Of a stretch of 64,000 nt of DNA, positions 50,348-60,569 are shown one piece after another. Origin of the DNA: Prevotella sp. (GTDB lineage Bacteria; Bacteroidota; Bacteroidia; Bacteroidales; Bacteroidaceae); the NCBI GenBank assembly GCA_017478025.1, contig JAFVGZ010000005.1:52019-116018 (forward strand), in the 5' to 3' direction. Made by a program: the position numbers and the translations under genes. The notes under the pieces are model-generated. The model saw only the letters and a list, made by a program, of their open reading frames with translations, searched no databases and had not been told where the DNA came from. Position 1 is the stretch's first letter. The number at the start of each line of letters is the position of its first letter.

Positions 50348-50447
50348 CGCAGCAGGCCGGTCAGGACGCACAGGCCGCTGAAGCAGACCCTGCAATGTGT
50401 CGTCAACAGATGTAGAAGTAGAAGATAAACAAGGTAAAACAGAATAT

Positions 50448-53321
50448 ATGAGTATAAGAATAAATAAAGCAATGAGTATGCTGAACATCGGTTTGTCCAC
50501 TCTCGTGGAGTTCCTCGAGAAGAAGACATCCCTGGGCGAGGTTAAGAATGACCTTAACTTCAAACTCAACGATGAACAGTATGCTGCGCTGGAGTCGGCA
50601 TTCAAAGGCGACAAGGAAATACGTACGCAGGCTGAGAAGATATTCAAGAAAGCCGAGAAAAAAGCCGAGAAGAAGGTGGAGAAGAAGCCGCAGGAGGCTG
50701 CTGTCACACCGAGTGACCTGCGCATTCGCCAGGAGGTGAAGCCACTGGGCACCATAGACCTCAGCACCGTGGGCAAACCGGCAAAGAAAGAAGAGCCTGC
50801 TCCAGCTCCCGCACCACAGGAAGATCAGCCCCAGGAAGAAGTTGCTGCGGTTGAGGAAACGCCCGAAGTAAAGGTTGAAGAGCAGCCACAGCAGCCTGAG
50901 GAACAGCAGCCTGAAGCAAAGGAAGCTGAGCCCCAGAAGGAGGAGCAGCCTGTGATACAGGATGAGAAACCTGCTGAGGAGCCTGTAGCGGTTGAGACTC
51001 CGGAGACACCAGAGGTGAAGGTGGAGGAAGAAAAACCGGAAGATACCCCGTCTGCAGAGCCCCGTAAAGAGGTAGAGGTATTCACCTTGAAGAGCGACCG
51101 CCGCACAGTTGCGCGCCCGAATGTTCTGGGCACCATAGACCTCAGCGCAATCAATCAGAGCACCCGACCCAAGAAGAAGTCGAAGGAGGAGAAGCGCAAG
51201 GAGCGTGAGGAGAAGGCACAGATCTCTGCCGACAGGAAGAAGCGTGTTCGCATAGGCAAGGAGCGCGTGGACATCAACGATGCAGCCAACCAGCAACAGG
51301 GTGGCAAGAACGGCAAGAATGCGCGCGCCACACAGGGACAGCCTAATCCAAACCAACCCTCGGGAGGCAAGAAGAAGAACAAGAAGAAAGGCAACCAGCA
51401 GCCACAGGAGATATCTGAGGAGGATGTAGCACGCCAGGTAAAAGAGACGTTGGCACGCCTCACCAGCAAGAGCAGCCTGAATAAGAAGGGTGCCAAATAT
51501 CGTAAGGAGAAGCGCGATGCCGCCGCTCACCAGCGTGAGGAGGAGGCACTGACAGAAGAACTGGACTCAAAGGTACTGAAGCTGACGGAGTTCGTCACCG
51601 TGTCAGAGCTGGCAACGATGATGGATGTGCCTGTGACAAAGCTCATCGGAACGCTCATGTCTGTCGGCATCATGGTAAGTATCAACCAGCGACTGGATGC
51701 TGAAACCATCAATCTGGTGGCTGATGAGTTCGGATATACAACAGAATATGTCAGCGCCGAAGTGCAGGAGGCAATCCACGAGGATGAGGATGACGAGAGC
51801 GAACTTATCTCACGTCCGCCTATCGTTACCGTCATGGGACACGTGGATCACGGTAAGACATCGCTGCTTGACTATGTGCGTAAGACCAATGTCATCGCCG
51901 GCGAGGCCGGAGGCATCACCCAGCACATCGGTGCATACAACGTGAAGCTGCCTGACGGACGACGTATCACGTTCCTTGATACCCCGGGTCACGAGGCATT
52001 TACTGCTATGCGTGCCCGTGGAACACAGGTAACGGACATCGCCATCATCATCATCGCAGCCGATGACTCTATCATGCCTACCACAAAGGAGGCTATAGCA
52101 CATGCTCAGGCTGCCAACGTGCCGATGGTATTTGCCATCAACAAGATTGACAAACCGGGTGCTAACCCCGACAAGATACGCCAGGATCTGGCGGCCATGA
52201 ACCTTCTCGTGGAGGAGTGGGGCGGTAAGTACCAGTGCCAGGAAATAAGCGCCAAGAAGGGAACGGGCGTCGAAGAGCTGATGGAGAAAGTGCTCCTAGA
52301 GGCTGAGATGCTTGACCTGAAGGCTAATCCTAACCGCAATGCTACCGGTTCGGTCATCGAGTCGTCGCTGGACAAGGGTCGCGGATACGTCTCTACCGTG
52401 CTTGTCAGCAACGGAACGCTGAAGGTTGGCGACATCGTCATAGCCGGAACAGCATGGGGTAGGGTAAAGGCAATGTTCAACGAGCGCAACCAGAACGTGG
52501 AGAAGGCAAAGCCGGCTGAACCGGTAATTATTCTCGGTCTCAACGGTGCACCACAGGCAGGAGACTCCTTCCACATTATGGAGACGGAGCAGGAGGCCCG
52601 CAATATCGCCAATAAGCGAATGCAGTTGCAGCGTGAACAGAGCCTGCGCACCACCAAGACCCTCTCGCTCGAGGAGATTGCACACCGTGTGGCATTGGGA
52701 GAATTCCATGAGTTGAACCTCGTCGTGAAGGCTGATACGCAGGGCTCTGTAGAGGCTCTGTCCGACTCTTTCATCAAGATGTCAACGGAAAAGGTGCAGG
52801 TGAACGTCATCCTCAAGGGTGTCGGCCAGATATCCGAGAACGATGTTACCCTCGCTTCTACCGCCGAGAACGGTATGATAGTAGGCTTCCAGGTGCGTCC
52901 TTCAGTTGCAGCCAAGAAGCTGGCAGAGCAGGAAGGCGTGGAAATCAACACCTATTCTGTCATCTACGACGCTATGGACGACATCAAACAGGCCATGGAA
53001 GGCATGCTCGACAAGATTAAGAAAGAGGTTGCCACAGGCCAGGTTGAGGTCAAGGAGGTATTCAAAATCTCCAAGGTCGGAACCGTTGCTGGTGCTATGG
53101 TCACCGACGGTAAGGTGCATGCAAAGGACAAGGCACGCCTCATACGCGATGGTATCGTAATCTTCACCGGCGACATCAACGCCCTGAAGCGTTACAAGGA
53201 CGATGCAAAAGAGGTGGCAACAGGCCTGGAGTGCGGTATCTCGCTCGTTAACTGCAACGACATACAGGCAGGAGATATCATTGAGACATTCACGGAAATA
53301 GAGGTGGAGCAGAAGCTGTAA
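50448..53321 (+). CDS. infB: Translation initiation factor IF-2
   Basis: Start MSIRINK; [32 protein letters not shown]; after nusA. Confidence 0.97.
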   Translation: MSIRINKAMSMLNIGLSTLVEFLEKKTSLGEVKNDLNFKLNDEQYAALESAFKGDKEIRTQAEKIFKKAEKKAEKKVEKKPQEAAVTPSDLRIRQEVKPLGTIDLSTVGKPAKKEEPAPAPAPQEDQPQEEVAAVEETPEVKVEEQPQQPEEQQPEAKEAEPQKEEQPVIQDEKPAEEPVAVETPETPEVKVEEEKPEDTPSAEPRKEVEVFTLKSDRRTVARPNVLGTIDLSAINQSTRPKKKSKEEKRKEREEKAQISADRKKRVRIGKERVDINDAANQQQGGKNGKNARATQGQPNPNQPSGGKKKNKKKGNQQPQEISEEDVARQVKETLARLTSKSSLNKKGAKYRKEKRDAAAHQREEEALTEELDSKVLKLTEFVTVSELATMMDVPVTKLIGTLMSVGIMVSINQRLDAETINLVADEFGYTTEYVSAEVQEAIHEDEDDESELISRPPIVTVMGHVDHGKTSLLDYVRKTNVIAGEAGGITQHIGAYNVKLPDGRRITFLDTPGHEAFTAMRARGTQVTDIAIIIIAADDSIMPTTKEAIAHAQAANVPMVFAINKIDKPGANPDKIRQDLAAMNLLVEEWGGKYQCQEISAKKGTGVEELMEKVLLEAEMLDLKANPNRNATGSVIESSLDKGRGYVSTVLVSNGTLKVGDIVIAGTAWGRVKAMFNERNQNVEKAKPAEPVIILGLNGAPQAGDSFHIMETEQEARNIANKRMQLQREQSLRTTKTLSLEEIAHRVALGEFHELNLVVKADTQGSVEALSDSFIKMSTEKVQVNVILKGVGQISENDVTLASTAENGMIVGFQVRPSVAAKKLAEQEGVEINTYSVIYDAMDDIKQAMEGMLDKIKKEVATGQVEVKEVFKISKVGTVAGAMVTDGKVHAKDKARLIRDGIVIFTGDINALKRYKDDAKEVATGLECGISLVNCNDIQAGDIIETFTEIEVEQKL

Positions 53322-53383
53322 GGCGCTCCACCACTCTATACAACCAGTTCCGCAGCAACAGGAAAGACTGTAGGACATGGCAT

Positions 53384-53423
53384 AATAAAAGCCCGAGACA
53401 TTCATTGCCTCGGGCTTTTTATT
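53384..53423 (+). terminator. Intrinsic terminator of the infB operon
   Basis: aaaagcccgag...ctcgggctttttatt. Confidence 0.8.
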
Positions 53424-53556
53424 GTGTGGAATAAAACTTTATCCTATGTCGTTTGTATTTGTCAAAGATTGTCCAAAGACGGGGGAAAATAATTTGTTTT
53501 GAAAAAAAATCATGCAAAATAATTTGTGTTAAAAATATTTTGTGTACCTTTGTGAC

Positions 53557-53820
53557 GGATTGAGATAATTCAGTCCATACATTTTGAATATATAGAGGCG
53601 TTATGCCCGACTTCTTGTAGATGCGAAGCCTGAGAAACTTCTAAGAAAGAAAACAAGAGTTGGCGTAATGGTCTCCACGTTTATACGTGGGGCTGTTAAC
53701 CATTTCTGTTTTCGAAGGTTTTCTCAGGGCCTGCATCTTAGGAAATGGTATTCACAGTTCCACGTCTCTGTATCTGCTAACCAAAAGGCCTGAGAGGAAC
53801 TGAAAGGCAACGGAAATGTC
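53557..53820 (+). ncRNA. Structured 5' leader / candidate cis-regulatory RNA
   Basis: TACCTTTG promoter at 53545-53552; long hairpin 53612-53744 (agatgc/gcatct, cctgagaaa/tttctcagg, gaaaaca/tgttttc, ccacgt-ttat-acgtgg) with competing pairings. Confidence 0.55.
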
Positions 53821-54303
53821 ATGAGAGACTTTTTTAAACTACTACCGCTGCTTTGCTTTGTTACTACGATAGCAAGTGCAGCCAATCTGCCTAAGTATTT
53901 TGCTGTATGGCTAAAAAATGGACAGCGTGTTGATTTGCTACTCACAGAGACACCTCGTGTGACCTGCGGTGCGGAGACTTTCACCTTTAAGGCGGGCGCT
54001 ACAACGCTTGAGTATTTGGCTGTAGACGTCAAGGAATTCACTCTGGAAGATAAAAGTGCTACTGCTGTCAACAACGTCAGCAAAAGCGATGAACATGGGA
54101 CGATAACCCGTGACGGTAATACTTTGCGGTTCTCGGGCTTTGCTCCCAATGAGACGGTGCGTGTCTGTAAGCTATCTGGTGAACAAGTGGCAACGTATGT
54201 AACAGACTCTGACGGCTCTCTCATATTTTCCATTGACAATCTAGGTCGTGGAATTTATGTCGTAAATGCAGCAAACACAACCATTAAAATTACGCAGCCA
54301 TGA
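53821..54303 (+). CDS. Small secreted protein with T9SS type A-like C-terminal sorting domain
   Basis: Signal peptide; short N-domain (AVWLKNGQRV); linker TAVNNV; CTD VRVCKLSGEQV...LGRGIYVV...IKI. Confidence 0.75.
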   Translation: MRDFFKLLPLLCFVTTIASAANLPKYFAVWLKNGQRVDLLLTETPRVTCGAETFTFKAGATTLEYLAVDVKEFTLEDKSATAVNNVSKSDEHGTITRDGNTLRFSGFAPNETVRVCKLSGEQVATYVTDSDGSLIFSIDNLGRGIYVVNAANTTIKITQP

Positions 54304-57300
54304 GACAGATAAGACTTATTCTGACGGCGATGATTGCCGTATTAGCTTGTGCTCAGATGTCGGCACAGGGAGTAAAGGTCGTAAAGAAGGATGGTACGAA
54401 GCAGGACTATCCCTACACCAAGTTACAGCGCATAGAGGTATATGCGGCAGATGAAACCAAAGTTGACACTGCTGTAGATCTCGCTCTGCCCAGCGGACTG
54501 CTGTGGGCAAGCATCAATGTGGACGCTAATGCGCCAGAGGAGCATGGTGGCTACTATGCTTGGGGTGAGACAGAAGAGAAGGTGATATACAGTTGGGCAC
54601 GGTATCTGTGTCCAATGGATCAGTGTGGCACAAGTTCTGACCCGCTGTTTGGCCTCCTTCATGAACAGTATGGTATATGGGAAGGTAGTATTTCTGGTTC
54701 AATATACGATGTAGCGACGAAAAAGTGGGGAAACGGTTGGAGAATGCCAACACGTGCGGAGGTTTTGGAACTCCACGAGAATTGTTTCTCAGAGTCTACT
54801 ACCATAAATGGCGTGAAGGGATACAAGTTGACTGGTGAAAACGGCAATAGCATATTTATGCCTGAAGCACAATATAAAAACGCTACATCTATGCAAACCG
54901 GAGGTGGCTATTGGACTGGCACGATGTATGGATTAAAGGACTATAATGTGTATAGTTTTAGTTGTGGTGCTTCTTTAACAGAGGCAGGCAGAAACTGCGG
55001 AATGGCTGTTCGACCAGTGAAGACGGGTGTCAGCACTGCACAGAAGAAGGGTCTTATCCTGCATCTCTCTGACGGGAAAACGGACTATTATCCCTATAGT
55101 CAGATTGACTATGTGGAGGCATACGCCGAGAAGGAATATGACCCTAATGCACCGACGGAGGGTGACCTCATAGACATGGGACTGCCCTCTGGACTGCTGT
55201 GGGCAAGTTGTAACTACGGAGCACGCAATCCACAGGACTTCGGCACCTATCATTCCGGCAGTCAGGTGTATTATCACTCGGATACAGGAGCATTTAGCGA
55301 GATAAAAATCCCCGATGGATACCGCTTCCCGCATCAAAAAGACTACGAGGAGTTGCGAGATAATTGCGATGTTAAGATCGTCAGTTATGAAGGTGTTAGT
55401 GGTTTGTTCTTTACAAGTAAAGCAAACGGCAACAAATTGTTCTTCCCCAATGCCGGATATTATAGTGGAAACAATTATAGTACCGGCGTAGGACGCTACT
55501 GGACAGATACCTCACATCTGTATCTCGAATTCTATAACTGGCTCTATTACATGACAACAACCTATTATGATTTCCTGAGTGGACAGTTTACTCTATGTTA
55601 TACTGAGGACTTTGCTAACAATAAAAATGGTGACTGGTCAAACAGACAGAGTGTACGTCTGGTTGCTGCAGGAGGATCAAATGTCGGTAAAGCCATAGAC
55701 TTGGGGTTGTCCGTGAAATGGGCTGACCACAATGTTGGGGCTATCAATCCAGAGGATTTCGGTGACTACTACCAGTGGGGCAGCACAAAACCAATCAATG
55801 GAAACTCCCAATACTCCAAACCGTCAACGCAGAATATCTGCGGAACGGATTATGATGTCGCCACTAAGAAATGGGGCGGAACATGGCGTTTGCCTACTAA
55901 AGCAGAACTTGAGGAACTCAAGAATTACTGTACATGGACCTGGACTAAGAAGAATGGAGTTGAGGGCTTTACTGTTAGCAGAAACGGAAATTCAATCTTC
56001 TTGCCTGCAGCAGGACATAATGTTGGCGGTACACCCGATGGAGAACATAACTGTGAATACTGGACTGGCACGGCTGATAATGATGGATACCCCTACGACC
56101 TTTATGCTAATTGGGGATGGAACTATATATTATCTACAGGAAACAGTGCCGACATAGGCGAGCCGATACGCCCTGTTTGTGTCTCTTCTGGAGATACGCC
56201 AACTCCTACACCAACTCCAACGCCCACTCCATCTTCGGATGACATAGAAATTGATGAGGTGCACTTCCCCGATGCCAACTTCCGCAGCTACCTGCTCTCT
56301 CAGAGCTATGGAACTGACGGTGTCATCACAAATAACGAAATACAATCTATAACATACATGGGGCCATCAAATTCTTCTATTGCAGACCTGACAGGAATAG
56401 AATACTTTACCGCATTAACCTCTCTGTTCTGCTACGATAATGAACTGACTTCCCTTGATGTCTCAAAGAATACAAAGTTAACACATTTGTTTTGTAGTGG
56501 TAATAAGTTGATAACTCTTGATGTCTCAAAGAATACAGTATTGACAGATTTGTCATGTTATTCCAACCAGTTGACTTCGCTTGATGTCTCGAGGAATACA
56601 GCTTTGGAGTATTTGTCATGCGGTACGAATAACCTGACCTCTCTTGACGTCTCTAAGAATACGGTATTGACGGAATTGTCATGTTATTCCAACCAGTTGA
56701 CTTCGCTTGATGTTTCAAAGAATACAGCTTTGACGGATCTGTCATGCAGTACGAATAACCTGACATCTCTTGATGTTTTGGGGAATACGGCTTTGGTGTA
56801 TTTGAACTGTTCATCCAATCAATTGACCTCTCTTGACGTCTCGAAGAATACTGTATTGACAGATTTGTGGTGTTATTCCAACCGGTTGACTTCGCTTGAT
56901 GTCTCAAAGAATATAGCTTTGGCAAGGCTATACTGTTATTCCAACCAGTTGACTTCGTTTGATGTATCAAAGAACACTGCGTTGACTAAATTCCACTGTT
57001 CTTCCAATAAATTAGCCTCTCTTGATGTCTCGAAGAATACGGTATTGACGGAATTGTCATGTTATTCCAACCAGTTGACTTCGCTTGATGTCTCAAAGAA
57101 TACAGCTTTGACGGTATTGTACTGTTCATCCAATCAATTGACCTCTCTTGATGTCACGAAGAACACTGCGTTGACAAAATTGTCTTGCAATTCAAATCAG
57201 ATAAAAGGGGCGGCCATGGATACTTTAATAGAAAGTTTGCCCGTCGTTGCCAGCGGAACGGAGACAACATTCCATATATATTCGCAGACAGCATCGGACG

Positions 57301-57407
57301 AAGGAAATGTCTGTACGAAGGCACAAGTGGCCAAGGCAAAGACAAAGGGATGGACACCTTATTACTATGATGGAAATGAATGGCAGGCGTATGCAGGCTC
57401 AGATTAG
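54300..57407 (+). CDS. Large surface/secreted protein: three DUF1566/Fib_succ_major-like (C-type lectin fold) domains + PT linker + 21-aa LRR array
   Basis: Signal peptide; three 'DLGL.S...WA..N.GA..P..YG.Y...W...VR(P/L)V' domains; TPTPTPTPTP; FPDANFR cap; 13 LTSLDVSKNT.L..L.C..N repeats. Confidence 0.82.
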   Translation: MRQIRLILTAMIAVLACAQMSAQGVKVVKKDGTKQDYPYTKLQRIEVYAADETKVDTAVDLALPSGLLWASINVDANAPEEHGGYYAWGETEEKVIYSWARYLCPMDQCGTSSDPLFGLLHEQYGIWEGSISGSIYDVATKKWGNGWRMPTRAEVLELHENCFSESTTINGVKGYKLTGENGNSIFMPEAQYKNATSMQTGGGYWTGTMYGLKDYNVYSFSCGASLTEAGRNCGMAVRPVKTGVSTAQKKGLILHLSDGKTDYYPYSQIDYVEAYAEKEYDPNAPTEGDLIDMGLPSGLLWASCNYGARNPQDFGTYHSGSQVYYHSDTGAFSEIKIPDGYRFPHQKDYEELRDNCDVKIVSYEGVSGLFFTSKANGNKLFFPNAGYYSGNNYSTGVGRYWTDTSHLYLEFYNWLYYMTTTYYDFLSGQFTLCYTEDFANNKNGDWSNRQSVRLVAAGGSNVGKAIDLGLSVKWADHNVGAINPEDFGDYYQWGSTKPINGNSQYSKPSTQNICGTDYDVATKKWGGTWRLPTKAELEELKNYCTWTWTKKNGVEGFTVSRNGNSIFLPAAGHNVGGTPDGEHNCEYWTGTADNDGYPYDLYANWGWNYILSTGNSADIGEPIRPVCVSSGDTPTPTPTPTPTPSSDDIEIDEVHFPDANFRSYLLSQSYGTDGVITNNEIQSITYMGPSNSSIADLTGIEYFTALTSLFCYDNELTSLDVSKNTKLTHLFCSGNKLITLDVSKNTVLTDLSCYSNQLTSLDVSRNTALEYLSCGTNNLTSLDVSKNTVLTELSCYSNQLTSLDVSKNTALTDLSCSTNNLTSLDVLGNTALVYLNCSSNQLTSLDVSKNTVLTDLWCYSNRLTSLDVSKNIALARLYCYSNQLTSFDVSKNTALTKFHCSSNKLASLDVSKNTVLTELSCYSNQLTSLDVSKNTALTVLYCSSNQLTSLDVTKNTALTKLSCNSNQIKGAAMDTLIESLPVVASGTETTFHIYSQTASDEGNVCTKAQVAKAKTKGWTPYYYDGNEWQAYAGSD
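56403..57205 (+). repeat. Thirteen 63-bp coding tandem repeats (LRR)
   Basis: Units start at 56403, 56466, 56529 ... 57159 with an exact 63-bp period. Confidence 0.9.
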
Positions 57408-57440
57408 ACAGATTTAGATGAACACCTACAACTACGAATT

Positions 57441-57486
57441 ATAGAAAAAGGGATGCGACCGTTGCCAGTCGCATCCCTTTTTCTAT
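57441..57486. terminator. Bidirectional intrinsic terminator
   Basis: tagaaaaagggatgcgac...gtcgcatccctttttcta between convergent genes. Confidence 0.85.
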
Positions 57487-57506
57487 ATTGTTTTGCCTGA
57501 GTGATT

Positions 57507-58949
57507 TTACTTCACTACGACGGGCTTGTACTTTGGAACGAGCAGCTTCATCACGGTCCAACCGATGAGATAGGCAACGGCGCAGACGCAGAAGATAATC
57601 ATATAGCCTGCCGGCTTGCCCTCAAAGCCCATGAACTGGAACGCAGAACCCTGCTGTTCAGCGTAGGTGAAGAGGTTACCTGATACCTTATTAATAAGGA
57701 ATGAGCCGCAGCCGCCTGCCATAGAGCCGATACCGGTGATGGTAGCGATGGCTGACTTGGGGAACATATCGCCTACGGTAGAGAAGATATTGGCAGACCA
57801 TGCCTGGTGTCCAGCACCTACAAGGCCGATGATGATAGCTGGCCACCATGGTCCGAATGCGTCACCCATAGGCTGTGCGAAGAGTGCCAGCAGTGGGAAG
57901 AATGCGAAGATAAGCATGGCGAGCATACGTCCCTGATAAGGGTTCATGCCCTTCTTCTCCACGAAGAGCTTTGGCAGATAGCCACCGAACATTGACAATA
58001 CCGTTACGATAGCATACAGTGTGAATATGAGTGCTATGCCAAGAGGTGAGTCTGACGTTGCGCCGAACTGGTCAGAGAAGTATGCCGGAGCCCAGAAGAG
58101 GAAGAACCACCATACACCGTCGGTCATAAACTTACCGAAAGCGAAAGACCAAGTCTGCTTGTGGCTGAAGGCCTCCATGTATGACATCTGCTTCTCTTCA
58201 ACTACTACGTCGGCAGCTTTCTCGTTCTCCTCATCCTGATTGATGTAGTTGAGCTCTGCTTCGTTGACGAACTTAGAGTCTTTTGGCTTGTCATATACGA
58301 AGAGCCATATGCCAGCCCAGATGAAGCCGATGGCACCGATGATAATGAAAGCCATCTCCCAACCCCACAATTTAGCGAGCAGTGGAATGGTAGCAGGGGC
58401 TGCAAGGGCGCCTACAGATGCTCCGGAATTGAAGATTGCAGTAGCGAAAGCGCGGTCCTTCTTGGGGAAATACTCTGCTGTTACCTTGATAGCAGCAGGG
58501 AAGTTGCCTGCCTCACCCATTGCCAGCACGCAACGGCAAACGAGGAAAGCATACATGCTGACCGTAGCGACAGAGACAGCAACGAGACCTGTAGTCTTTG
58601 CCATAGCTGCCAGATTAGGCAGACCGAGAGAAACCATTGTGAACCATCCGCAGCCGGCGTGCAGAACAGCTCCTAATGACCAAATAGTGATGGCCCAGAA
58701 GTAGCCCTTCTTGGTGCCCATCCAGTCAACGAACTTGCCTGCAAAGAGGTTTGCAACGGCATAGAAGATAGAGAAAATGGCGGTAATGTTACCATAAATT
58801 TCATCATTCCAATGGAATTCTGGTGAAATGAAGTCCTTCCATGTGAGGGACAGAACTTGGCGGTCGAGGTAGTTGACAGTGGTTGCTGCAAACAGCATCG
58901 CACACATCACCCAACGCCAATTGGTCATTTTGTTAGTTGTTACGTTCAT
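57507..58949 (-). CDS. exuT: MFS hexuronate transporter (ExuT-like)
   Basis: RWVMCAMLFAATTVNYLDRQVLS, GEAGNFPAAIKVTAEYFPKKDRA, KFMTDGVWWFFLFW, HQAWSAN. Confidence 0.85.
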   Translation of the reverse strand: MNVTTNKMTNWRWVMCAMLFAATTVNYLDRQVLSLTWKDFISPEFHWNDEIYGNITAIFSIFYAVANLFAGKFVDWMGTKKGYFWAITIWSLGAVLHAGCGWFTMVSLGLPNLAAMAKTTGLVAVSVATVSMYAFLVCRCVLAMGEAGNFPAAIKVTAEYFPKKDRAFATAIFNSGASVGALAAPATIPLLAKLWGWEMAFIIIGAIGFIWAGIWLFVYDKPKDSKFVNEAELNYINQDEENEKAADVVVEEKQMSYMEAFSHKQTWSFAFGKFMTDGVWWFFLFWAPAYFSDQFGATSDSPLGIALIFTLYAIVTVLSMFGGYLPKLFVEKKGMNPYQGRMLAMLIFAFFPLLALFAQPMGDAFGPWWPAIIIGLVGAGHQAWSANIFSTVGDMFPKSAIATITGIGSMAGGCGSFLINKVSGNLFTYAEQQGSAFQFMGFEGKPAGYMIIFCVCAVAYLIGWTVMKLLVPKYKPVVVK

Positions 58950-60453
58950 GATTAGGTATAGAATTTTTATTAATATGATAATCGGAAAGAAGTTTTATGA
59001 TTCCCCAGCCTATGAGATAGGATACGGAGAAGATGCTAAACATCATCATGTAGGCTGCCGCTTTGCCAGAATAGCCGAGGAATGTGAATGTATCGTGCAT
59101 CTGATTGGCGTATTGCAGTAATGTTCCGGTGAACATCATTACGAGGTATGACGCTATACCTCCGGCACAGCCACCGATGCCTATCACTGTCGCGATGGAC
59201 TTCTTAGGTATGTTGTCGCCCACCAGCGAGAAGAGATTAGCCGACCAACTCTGGTGCGCGGCGCCGAAGATGCCGATGATTATGACGAGTACCCACGGTG
59301 AATGGCTGCCCAATGGCATCTGCAGCAGGCCTATCAGCTGCAGGCATGCGAAGCCGAGCATGGACCGCAAGCGTGCTTGCTGGGGTGTGAGTGAGAACTC
59401 TTCAGTAAGATATGTGGGCAGATAGCCACCTATTACCGACAGCATACTGATGAGATAGATGGTGAATATCAGTGCCATTCCCATTGGAGAGTCGGTGGTG
59501 TAGCCGTAGGTGTCGGCTATATAGATCGGAGCCCAGAAGAGATAGAACCACCATGCACCCTCTGTCATGAACTTGCCGAAGATGAATGCCCACGTGACAC
59601 GATATGAGAAACAGCGCAGGAAGCTTATCGGCTTACCGTCGTTGATGATGTCGCTGTCTATTCCGTCAGAAGTGTCTTTCTCGTTTTCATTATAACTCTG
59701 AACCGATGACACCGTGTCCTGCTGTATGTAGTTGTATTCAGAGATGTTTACTCTATGGCTTTCTCCGGCGCTCTCATAGAGCATCAGCCACGCAAACATC
59801 CATAGAAATCCCAGCGCACCCACAAGCAGGAATGCCATTTCCCATCCAAATTCGCGCGCTATCAGCGGTATTGTGACCGGTGCAAGTAGCGAACCCACGC
59901 TGGCACCGTTGTTGAATATGGATGTGGCGAATGCACGGTCTTTCTTTGGAAAGTATTCTGCAGTAACTGATATGGCTGCCGGGAAGTTGCCCGCCTGGCC
60001 CAAAGCCATGACGCTACGGCATCCGAGGAAGAGGTATATGCTCAAGGTGGTGATGGCTGTGCCGGCTACTCCAACATCGTGCAGAGACTCTATTGCGCCG
60101 TCAAAACTTACTATCCACGTGTCGGCGAGGATGCCGCTCATCATGATTCCGCATATAGCGTGCAGCAATGTGCCTACCGTACAGATGCCTATGGAAAGCA
60201 AATAGCCTCGACGCATGCCGATAATGTCCATGATTTTACCACAGAAGAGCATGCATATAGCGTACATCAGCGAGAACAGGCCTGCCAGATAGCCGTAATC
60301 AGCGTCTGTCCATCCAAATTCGGGAGCCAGGAAGTCTTTCCATGTCAACGACAAAACTTGACGATCCATATAGGTCGTCATAGTAGCGAAGAACAGTAAC
60401 ATACATACTGTCCATCGGAAGTTAGTCATTTTCGTTGACTGTATTGGGCTCAT
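58933..60453 (-). CDS. Second, more diverged ExuT-like MFS transporter (tandem paralogue)
   Basis: TYMDRQVLSLTWKDF, GQAGNFPAAISVTAEYFPKKDRA, HQSWSAN; start uncertain (ATG 60453 preferred over TTG 60474). Confidence 0.85.
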   Translation of the reverse strand: MSPIQSTKMTNFRWTVCMLLFFATMTTYMDRQVLSLTWKDFLAPEFGWTDADYGYLAGLFSLMYAICMLFCGKIMDIIGMRRGYLLSIGICTVGTLLHAICGIMMSGILADTWIVSFDGAIESLHDVGVAGTAITTLSIYLFLGCRSVMALGQAGNFPAAISVTAEYFPKKDRAFATSIFNNGASVGSLLAPVTIPLIAREFGWEMAFLLVGALGFLWMFAWLMLYESAGESHRVNISEYNYIQQDTVSSVQSYNENEKDTSDGIDSDIINDGKPISFLRCFSYRVTWAFIFGKFMTEGAWWFYLFWAPIYIADTYGYTTDSPMGMALIFTIYLISMLSVIGGYLPTYLTEEFSLTPQQARLRSMLGFACLQLIGLLQMPLGSHSPWVLVIIIGIFGAAHQSWSANLFSLVGDNIPKKSIATVIGIGGCAGGIASYLVMMFTGTLLQYANQMHDTFTFLGYSGKAAAYMMMFSIFSVSYLIGWGIIKLLSDYHINKNSIPNHERNN

Positions 60454-60569
60454 TCGGTTAGTATTACTCTGCAAAGATAGTAAGAAATCGGTAAATAGAC
60501 GATATAAAAAGCTGAGAATTAATAAATGTTAACTATTGCGAAGATTTGGAATGTGGGGACTTAGGCCTT

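Noticed and set aside
54300-57407. Complete diversity-generating retroelement
   Set aside because: No reverse transcriptase, accessory gene or adenine-variant template repeat was found in the window; kept only as a possible remote target.
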